Both the position numbers and the translations under genes were made by a program. From NCBI GenBank assembly GCA_038851755.1, contig JAWCKR010000019.1, positions 1 through 23,696 on the forward strand: 23,696 bases of DNA, in the 5' to 3' direction. Shown one piece after another: positions 17,361 to 23,696 of this stretch (positions within the stretch are counted from its first letter, which is position 1; each line of letters starts with the position of its first letter). Under the pieces are notes generated by a model. The model saw only the letters and a program-made list of their open reading frames with translations, was not told the DNA's origin and did not search any database. The DNA comes from Candidatus Hadarchaeales archaeon (GTDB lineage Archaea; Hadarchaeota; Hadarchaeia; Hadarchaeales; WYZ-LMO6).

Positions 17361-18220
17361 CACCTCATGTAGCACTTGAGGTCTTTTCCCAGTTTTCCCA
17401 CCGCGTCAGCCCTGCACTGCCTGCAGTGGGTCATCTGGTCGATGTATCTGGAGCAGAGACGCTGTAGCCTGACCTTTTCCTGGAGTGAGGGAGGGGGAAG
17501 GTGTGAGAATCTGAACTGGGGGATGAGGGGGATAAGGTTCTGCTTGTACACACCCAGTTTTCCTATCCTCCTGGCCACCTCCACCACGTGTCTGTCGTTC
17601 ACCGTGGGAATGATCACCGTGTTCACCTTCACCACGATTCCCCTCTTCACGGCCTCCTCCACACCCCTGAGCTGGTTCCCTATGAGGAGCTTGGCCCCTT
17701 CCTCCCCCTGGTACTTCTTCCCCCCGTAGAGCACCCAAGAGTAAATCTTCTTTCCCACCCTAGGATCCACGGCGTTGATGGTCACCGTGAGGGTTCCTAT
17801 CCCCAACTCCACCAGATCCCCCATCCTGTCGGGCAGGAGGAGGCCGTTGGTGCTGAGGCAACGGTGCAAACGTGGGAACCTCTTCCTGACTAGACTGAAG
17901 GTCTCGAAGGTCTCCTCGTTGAAAAGGGGTTCTCCCGGCCCGGCCACGGCCACCACCTTTATCCAGGGATGTCTCTTCACCACCTCCTCCAGCCTGCGGA
18001 GGGCCTGTTTGGGGGTGAGCACCCTGCTGGTCACCCCTGGTCTGGACTCGTTGACGCAGTCGAACCTCCTCACGCAGTAGTTGCACTGGATGTTGCACTT
18101 GGGGGCCACGGGGAGGTGCACCCTGCCAAAGAGGTGGAGGGCCTCCCTGCTGAAGCAGGGATGCTCTCTTATTCTGCGCAGCTGGGAGGGATCCCAGGCT
18201 GCTTTCCCCTTCCCACCCAT
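17360..18220 (-). CDS. nifB: Stand-alone radical SAM NifB (FeMo-cofactor NifB-co biosynthesis family)
   Basis: All NifB fingerprints are present: HPC, HLPVAPKCNIQCNYC, NESRPG, AGPG, TVTIN and CRQCRADA. No NifX-like domain. Confidence 0.9.
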   Translation of the reverse strand: MGGKGKAAWDPSQLRRIREHPCFSREALHLFGRVHLPVAPKCNIQCNYCVRRFDCVNESRPGVTSRVLTPKQALRRLEEVVKRHPWIKVVAVAGPGEPLFNEETFETFSLVRKRFPRLHRCLSTNGLLLPDRMGDLVELGIGTLTVTINAVDPRVGKKIYSWVLYGGKKYQGEEGAKLLIGNQLRGVEEAVKRGIVVKVNTVIIPTVNDRHVVEVARRIGKLGVYKQNLIPLIPQFRFSHLPPPSLQEKVRLQRLCSRYIDQMTHCRQCRADAVGKLGKDLKCYMR

Positions 18221-18272
18221 CCCCCTCCTTCCATCTTCCCCCTATTTAGCTTTCCCAGACCACGGAGTAGGA

Positions 18273-19115
18273 ATGGGGGGCCTGAGGAGAGAACTCGAGG
18301 GGATTCTGACGGAAGAGGAGCTGGCGAAGCTGAGGGCCTTCGACCTGGTGGGGGACATAGGGGTGCTGAGGTTACCTCCGGAGCTCCTCCCCAAGAAACG
18401 TGAAATAGGGGAAGCCCTTCTGAGGGTCCACCGCCACCTAAGAACGGTACTTCTCCAGGTTTCCCCCGTGAAGGGGGAGTTCAGGACCAGGAGACTGGAG
18501 GTGGTGGCTGGGGAGCCCAGGACGGAGACCCTGCACAGGGAGAGCGGCTGTATGTTCAAAGTGGACCTGGACAAGGTTTACTTCTCCCCCAGGCTGGCCT
18601 ACGAGAGGATGAGGATAGCCAAGCAGGTGAGGGAGGGGGAAGAGGTGACCAACCTTTTCGCAGGGGTGGGGTGTTACTCCATCGTGATAGCGAGGCACTC
18701 AGGGGCAAGCAGGGTGTACTCCGTGGACAAGAATCCAGAGGCCTTCAGGCTCATGTGCGAGAACATCCGTCTGAACAGGGTGGGGGAGAGGGTCATTCCC
18801 TTCCTGGGGGACGCGAGGGAGGTGGTCTCCTCCCAGCTTCGGAGGAGGGCCGACAGGGTGCTCATGCCCCTCCCGGAGGCGGCCAGACAGTTCGTGGGCA
18901 CGGCCCTGGAGGCCCTGAAGGAAGAGGGAGGGATCGTGCACTTCTACGATGTGGGGGAGGAGCCTGACCCCTTCTCGCCCTCGATCAGTTTCTTGAAAAG
19001 AGAGGTGGAGAGGCAGGGGTGGAAGCTGGAGGTGCTGGACAAGCGCCTCATAAGGTCGTACGGGGTGAGGCTGTATCACCTGGTTCTGGACCTCCTCCTC
19101 CGCCCGAAAGGATAA
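18273..19115 (+). CDS. Trm5/Taw2 (Met-10+) family tRNA-37 SAM-dependent transferase, Trm5a/Taw21-like, lacking the D1 domain
   Basis: FDLVGDIG, GEFRTR, HRESGC.FKVD..KVYFSPRLAYER, FAGVG, DKNP and DRVLMPLP. About 280 aa from ATG 18273. Confidence 0.85.
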   Translation: MGGLRRELEGILTEEELAKLRAFDLVGDIGVLRLPPELLPKKREIGEALLRVHRHLRTVLLQVSPVKGEFRTRRLEVVAGEPRTETLHRESGCMFKVDLDKVYFSPRLAYERMRIAKQVREGEEVTNLFAGVGCYSIVIARHSGASRVYSVDKNPEAFRLMCENIRLNRVGERVIPFLGDAREVVSSQLRRRADRVLMPLPEAARQFVGTALEALKEEGGIVHFYDVGEEPDPFSPSISFLKREVERQGWKLEVLDKRLIRSYGVRLYHLVLDLLLRPKG

Positions 19116-19135
19116 AAATTGACCTTTTTTGTGTA

Positions 19136-19151
19136 AAAAGAAGGTTAATAA
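19136..19151 (+). promoter_or_regulatory. BRE-TATA promoter of the canonical histone
   Basis: AAAAGAAGG-TTAATAA, about 30 nt before ATG 19181. Confidence 0.6.
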
Positions 19152-19180
19152 AGGGAAAAACGGAAAAATAAACGGTGCAT

Positions 19181-19384
19181 ATGGAGATTCCACTGGCCAC
19201 GGCTGACAGGCTGATAAGGAAGGCCGGGGCGAAGAGGGTAAGCGAAGACGCCGCCAAGGCGCTGGCGGAGGTGCTGGAGGAATACGCCATCTCCGTGGCT
19301 TCCGAGGCCGTCAAGCTGGCGGAGCATGCGGGCAGGAGGACCGTGCGGGACGAGGATGTGCGCCTGGCGAGCAGACGCACCTAG
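19181..19384 (+). CDS. Canonical archaeal histone (HMf family)
   Basis: MEIPLATADRLIRKAGAKRVSEDAAKALAEVLEEYAISVASEAVKLAEHAGRRTVRDEDVRLA, with H49, R52 and D59 equivalents intact. Confidence 0.96.
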   Translation: MEIPLATADRLIRKAGAKRVSEDAAKALAEVLEEYAISVASEAVKLAEHAGRRTVRDEDVRLASRRT

Positions 19385-19794
19385 TCTTCCCACTTCCTGG
19401 CAAGTTTTCTCTTGAGCAACTCCTCCCCTAAATCCACCCACTCCTCCCCCCTTCGGAGGTAAACACGCGCCAGGAGTCTCCCATAGGGGTCTCTTTCACC
19501 GTCCATCTCGCAGCGAATCCTCTCCCCGGGAGGGCAGAGGGAGTCCACGAAGACTTTGGCGAGAACTCCCCTGGCCTCGGAAAGCTCGAAGGCGTCCACC
19601 CCGGCCAGTCGGAGCTTCTCCACCCTCCCCACCTCCGGCCAGCCAAGGCTCTCCAAAATCCTGACCTCTATCGTGTCTCCGTCGACCACCCTGAGCACCT
19701 CGGCGGAGAAGTGGATGGTGTGCCCATTTTCCCTTGAGGGAAGAAAGAGGAGGAGGAAGAGGGAGAGAACGGCCAGAAGCGGCCATACCTTCAT
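19381..19794 (-). CDS. Thermonuclease (SNase) family protein with signal anchor
   Basis: VVDGDTIEV, LRLAGVDAFE and RDPYGRLLARVY, with a hydrophobic N-terminus. Confidence 0.9.
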   Translation of the reverse strand: MKVWPLLAVLSLFLLLFLPSRENGHTIHFSAEVLRVVDGDTIEVRILESLGWPEVGRVEKLRLAGVDAFELSEARGVLAKVFVDSLCPPGERIRCEMDGERDPYGRLLARVYLRRGEEWVDLGEELLKRKLARKWED

Positions 19795-19855
19795 CCCTCC
19801 ACTGGCGGGGAGAGGGCTAATAAGGGAAGAACGCGGGTACGAGAAGGTTCGAAAT

Positions 19856-20887
19856 CTACCTGCGGAACTTCAGTTTCTTCAGTTCCACCCAGACTCGGTA
19901 CACTTCTTTTTCACTGCCGTCCGTTCTCTTCAGCGCCACCGTCCCTATTTCAGGGTCGGAGAGGTGGCCCAAGAGGCCCCCCACTGTCGTTTCGTGAAGG
20001 AAGAGCCAGTTCACCATCTCTAAATTCATGTCCTTTGTCAACTCCAAGAACCTCACCAGGAAGTTTGCCTGAAGGTTCTCGGAGTTCTCCGAGGAACTCC
20101 AGCCTATCTCCGTGAAAGCGATGGGCTTGCTCGTGTATTGCTCCGCTCTTGAGTAGTAGTCTTGGGGGAGGGCATCCGGGGAGGTGAAGGTTTTGTAGGG
20201 ATAGGTGGTGAGCCCGATTACGTCCACCCTGCTGCTCAGCTCCCGGAGAAGCCCCCATTGCTGATTCTGCAGGAGGTGATCGTAGGAGAGGACGACCAGC
20301 ACCTTGGTGCCCGAAGAGACCTGCTTCACGGCAGCGTAGGCCTCTTCCAAGAGGGAGAGGTATGGATCCAAATCCTCGGGATGCAGATAGAAGTAGTCGT
20401 TTACCTCGTTCCCCAACGAAAAGTACTCCGGCTTGAACTCCTCCGCTATCCTCCTAGCCTCCTCCACCCAGGCCTCCCTGAAGCCCGAATCCGAGAGGCT
20501 GGGAGTGATGCCCGGAGGAGCCTCCACCCTGTACTCCAGGCCACTGGGTCCCACCCTCACCTTGGCGAAGCTTAGAGTGAGGAAGGGCTTCAGTCCATAG
20601 ACTCTCAGTGCAGTGACCACACCGTTTCTTTTCAAGAGCTCGAACTCCCCTATTCCCTGGTTTTCCACCCAGACCATTCCCACCTCCGCTATTTTTCCCG
20701 TCTCCTCGTAGGCCTCCACCAAATCCTCAAAGGTGCTGTTGGGTGAGTTCGCCGGATTGGGCACCAGACCCAACAAGAAACTCCTCTCCGCCTGGGGAAG
20801 AGAAGATGGTTTCTCTTTTCTCAAGGTGAGGACGACGGAAGCCAGCAAGAGCAGCGGGATTAGGACAAGAGCTGCTTTCTTTATCAT
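19856..20887 (-). CDS. Secreted/anchored glycoside hydrolase-like TIM-barrel protein (clan GH-A-like)
   Basis: Signal anchor; SLGNEVN (acid/base), GLTTYP and PIAFTEIGW (nucleophile). Confidence 0.75.
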   Translation of the reverse strand: MIKKAALVLIPLLLLASVVLTLRKEKPSSLPQAERSFLLGLVPNPANSPNSTFEDLVEAYEETGKIAEVGMVWVENQGIGEFELLKRNGVVTALRVYGLKPFLTLSFAKVRVGPSGLEYRVEAPPGITPSLSDSGFREAWVEEARRIAEEFKPEYFSLGNEVNDYFYLHPEDLDPYLSLLEEAYAAVKQVSSGTKVLVVLSYDHLLQNQQWGLLRELSSRVDVIGLTTYPYKTFTSPDALPQDYYSRAEQYTSKPIAFTEIGWSSSENSENLQANFLVRFLELTKDMNLEMVNWLFLHETTVGGLLGHLSDPEIGTVALKRTDGSEKEVYRVWVELKKLKFRR

Positions 20888-20980
20888 GGTTGAATCCTTT
20901 ACCGGGAGCGTAAAAAGCTTGAGCCCCCATGCGGAACGCGTGGGGAGAGAGGTTTTGGATCTTCACGACCAGAAGAAGTG

Positions 20981-20996
20981 GAAAACTTTTTTATAT
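20981..20996 (+). promoter_or_regulatory. BRE-TATA promoter of the DHS-family gene
   Basis: GAAAAC-TTTTTTATAT, about 20-25 nt upstream of ATG 21016. Confidence 0.65.
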
Positions 20997-21015
20997 CTCA
21001 TCGTGGAAAAAGGTG

Positions 21016-22017
21016 ATGCGCAAAACTCCTTACTTCAAGGAGAAACTTGAGACGATAGAGGTAAGGAAGAAGAGCCTCTCCCAGCTGCTCCAGGAGATGG
21101 CCAAAACGGGCTTCCAGGGGAGGAAGCTGGGCGAGGCCGCTGCCCTTTGGGAGGAGATGCTGGGCATGAAGGATATGGCCATCTTCTTCGGATACACAGG
21201 TTCCATGAGCACCACGGGCATGTGGAAGATCGTGTGCTGGCTGATAGAGAAGAGATACATAGATGTTCTCGTCTCCACCGGAGCCAACATCTCCGAGGAT
21301 ATCCTGGAGGCTATGGGGGGGACCTACTGGAGGGGGACGGATTTCGTGGACGATGCTGACCTCCTGAAGCACAAGATAGACAGGTTTTACGACGTGTACG
21401 CGGACGAGCTGGAGTACAGGAAGATGGAGGGATTGATCACCGAGTTCATGGAAACGCTGGAGGAGGGTCGCCCCTACTCCTCCAGGGAGTTCCTGTGGGA
21501 GTTCGGGAAGTGGTTGAACAAGAAGGGAATAAACTGCATCGTCTCCACCGCCTACAGGAAGAAGGTACCCATCTTCTGCCCAGCCATCATAGACAGCGGT
21601 TACGGGATAGCTTATCTCCAGGCGAAGAAGAAGGTTTGTCTGGACCAGGGGAGGGACTTCGCTGAGCTGCTCGAGATGGGCAAGAGGCTGGGGCAGAGGG
21701 GTGTAATCTATATCGGGGGCGGTGTTCCCAAGGATTTCGTTCAGCTCCTCGCGGTGGCGATTGACCTCCTCAGGGGAGGGGAGGACCCATACCCTCACGA
21801 CTACGCCATCCAGATCACCACCGACCAGCCCGTCTGGGGGGGGCTGAGCGGGTGCACGCTCAAGGAGGCCATAAGCTGGGGTAAGATTTCTCCCCAAGGC
21901 AAGAATGTGACTTGCTACTGCGACGCCACCATCGCCCTTCCCCTGCTCTCCCACTACCTCAACGAGAGGGTGAAGAGCAGGAAGAGCTACCCAGATTTCT
22001 CCTGGCTCCTGAAGTAA
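21016..22017 (+). CDS. dys: Deoxyhypusine synthase family protein
   Basis: [60 protein letters not shown] (active Lys) and CDATIALP. Start set at ATG 21016. Confidence 0.92.
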   Translation: MRKTPYFKEKLETIEVRKKSLSQLLQEMAKTGFQGRKLGEAAALWEEMLGMKDMAIFFGYTGSMSTTGMWKIVCWLIEKRYIDVLVSTGANISEDILEAMGGTYWRGTDFVDDADLLKHKIDRFYDVYADELEYRKMEGLITEFMETLEEGRPYSSREFLWEFGKWLNKKGINCIVSTAYRKKVPIFCPAIIDSGYGIAYLQAKKKVCLDQGRDFAELLEMGKRLGQRGVIYIGGGVPKDFVQLLAVAIDLLRGGEDPYPHDYAIQITTDQPVWGGLSGCTLKEAISWGKISPQGKNVTCYCDATIALPLLSHYLNERVKSRKSYPDFSWLLK

Positions 22018-22049
22018 GGGTTTTATCCCTGGAAAGGCAAAGAAAGAAA

Positions 22050-23696
22050 GTGCCAGAAAGAGAACTGAAGCTTACCGTGGCTGAGAACTCCCACCAGCCA
22101 GACGTGGGGAGGGGTCTGGCTCGTATCCCCGACCACGCCGCCGAGAGGCTGGGGATAAGCCCAGGGGATGTGGTGGAGGTCCAGGGGACCAAGGTCACGG
22201 GAGTGATAGCCATGAAAGGGTTCTCCGAGGACAGGGGACTCGATATCATAAGGATAGACGGGATCATCAGGCACAACGCCGGGACCTCCATAGGTGAGAA
22301 GGTCCTGGTGAGGAAGGCCGAGGTGAAGGAGGCCAAAAAGGTCTCCTTGGCACCAGCCAGCCCAGGCATAAGGATTTCCGTCCCCGGGGAGGTGATGAGG
22401 CGCAACCTGCTCGGGAGACCCCTCACCAGGGGAGACCTCATCACCACGGCCTCCCTGAGGAGGGGCTTCGGGGAGCCCTTCATCGAGCAGATCTTCGGTT
22501 CCTTCCTGGAGGAGACCCCGCTGGGCCTGGGGGAGATGAGGTTCATCGTGGTCTCCACGGTTCCCCCGGGGATCGTGCTGGTGGTGGACTCCACCGAGAT
22601 AGAGGTGCTTCCCGAGGCCGTGGCGGTGAAGGAGACCAAGGTCCCGGCCGTGACCTACGAGGACATCGGTGGGCTGAAGGAGGAGCTGAAGAGGGTGAGG
22701 GAGATGATCGAGCTTCCCCTGAAGCACCCGGAGCTCTTCGACCGGTTGGGCATAGAGCCCCCCAAGGGGGTGCTGCTCTACGGCCCGCCAGGGACGGGAA
22801 AGACCCTGATAGCGAAGGCGGTGGCCAACGAGTCGGGAGCCAACTTCGTTTCCATCAACGGGCCTGAGGTGATGTGCGTGGATGGTGAGACCCCCATTCT
22901 CTGGGAGGGAGAGGTGAGGCGGGTGGCAGAGGTGTTTGAAACCGCCAGGGGGGAGGAGAGAGGAAGGGGCCAGAACCACCTCTCCTTCACCGCGAGCGGT
23001 TCGGTGAAGGGTGTGAGGAACCCCTCCTTCTCCGTCACGGATGTGGGGCTTACGGAACTGACGGAGGTCAGGGTTCCCTTTTACTACGAGCTGAAGCTGG
23101 GCACCACGGTTTACAGGGTCTCCTCGAACCATCCCCTTCTGAGCCTCCGCGGGGGTGAGATAAGGTGGTCGACCCCCCCGGAGCTGAGGCCCGGAGACCA
23201 CGTTCTCGTTTCGGTGCTCTCCGAGCTGAAACAACCGAGCATCGATTTCGAGGGAGAGGGAATAAAGGTCCCGGGGCGCTTCAGCAAGGAACTGGCTTTC
23301 CTGCTCGGGCTCATAGCAGGAGACGGCCACGTGGGACACGACAACGTCACCTTCGCGGGGAAAGAAAGGAGCCTGCACTCAAAGTTCAGGGAGATGGTGA
23401 GGAGGATTTTCGGAATAACCAGGTGCAGGAGCTACGGGGGGGAGGTGCCCAGGACCACCATCTACTCCACTGAGCTGGTACGTTTCCTGAACTACCTGGG
23501 ATTCAAATCCGGGAGGAAGGATTACCACGAGTTTCTGGGGAGGTGGTTACCCTCCTTTGACCAAGAGCTCTTGGTTTCCTTCCTCTTGGGACTCCTCCTG
23601 ACGGACGGCACCAGGAATAGGTATTCGCTGGTGATTTACAGTTCCGACAGGGAAGCGCTGGAGAGGCTCAAAGCAGTTTCCCTGTCCAGGGGCTTC
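22050..23696 (+). CDS. cdc48: CDC48/VCP-family AAA+ ATPase, intein-containing (3'-truncated by window)
   Basis: Absent from the ORF track because there is no stop in the window. Hand translation from GTG 22050 gives [95 protein letters not shown]. Confidence 0.95.
   Translation, partial: MPERELKLTVAENSHQPDVGRGLARIPDHAAERLGISPGDVVEVQGTKVTGVIAMKGFSEDRGLDIIRIDGIIRHNAGTSIGEKVLVRKAEVKEAKKVSLAPASPGIRISVPGEVMRRNLLGRPLTRGDLITTASLRRGFGEPFIEQIFGSFLEETPLGLGEMRFIVVSTVPPGIVLVVDSTEIEVLPEAVAVKETKVPAVTYEDIGGLKEELKRVREMIELPLKHPELFDRLGIEPPKGVLLYGPPGTGKTLIAKAVANESGANFVSINGPEVMCVDGETPILWEGEVRRVAEVFETARGEERGRGQNHLSFTASGSVKGVRNPSFSVTDVGLTELTEVRVPFYYELKLGTTVYRVSSNHPLLSLRGGEIRWSTPPELRPGDHVLVSVLSELKQPSIDFEGEGIKVPGRFSKELAFLLGLIAGDGHVGHDNVTFAGKERSLHSKFREMVRRIFGITRCRSYGGEVPRTTIYSTELVRFLNYLGFKSGRKDYHEFLGRWLPSFDQELLVSFLLGLLLTDGTRNRYSLVIYSSDREALERLKAVSLSRGF
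22875..23696 (+). mobile_element. Intein with LAGLIDADG homing endonuclease, in the CDC48 D1 domain
   Basis: The in-frame insert starts CVDGETPI (block A), followed by [10 protein letters not shown] (block B), ELRPGD, and LAGLIDADG motifs LLGLIAGDG (23301-23327) and LLGLLLTDG (23583-23609). The C-terminal splice junction lies outside the window. Confidence 0.93.

Noticed and set aside
19835-19862. GGTTCGAAATC resembling a tRNA T-arm or att site
   Set aside because: No cloverleaf, acceptor stem or D-arm can be built, and there is no integrase nearby.
22023-23378. 451-aa minus-strand ORF and the other long antisense ORFs (e.g. 7206-8318, 12999-13904, 20998-21954)
   Set aside because: These are shadow ORFs of GC-rich genes with clear homology on the opposite strand, and they show no recognisable motifs.
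1-23696. CRISPR array, rRNA/tRNA genes, transposases
   Set aside because: I saw no regularly spaced repeats, RNA gene structures or transposase motifs; nearly all of the sequence is accounted for by protein genes.

Overview
GC-rich (~60%) archaeal chromosomal segment. The evidence for an archaeon is two histones, aEF-1alpha, PPS, Taw1, CDC48, BRE/TATA promoters and many leaderless or TTG/GTG starts. A thermophilic Hadarchaeota-like euryarchaeote is my guess only. From left to right: (1) two winged-helix genes flanked by a repeat- and hairpin-rich spacer and an ~80% AT tract; (2) a near-complete de novo pyrimidine cluster on the minus strand (pyrF-E-B-I-K-[small membrane orf]-C-D-G); (3) an operon of a membrane protein, a divergent EF-1alpha and an amidase; (4) CoA genes pps and panB; (5) a non-canonical histone; (6) translin plus a membrane-anchored wHTH, divergent from a DUF5667-like surface protein; (7) an orphan nifB translationally coupled to the wyosine gene taw1 and divergent from a Trm5a/Taw21-like methyltransferase; (8) a canonical histone, a thermonuclease, a secreted GH-A-like hydrolase and a deoxyhypusine synthase-family gene; (9) a CDC48 ATPase carrying a LAGLIDADG intein that runs off the window end. 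The best leads are the nifB-taw1-trm5 arrangement, the EF-1alpha/amidase operon, the short-alpha2 histone, the CDC48 intein and the origin-like wHTH region. All calls come from reading motifs by eye; no database searches were run.
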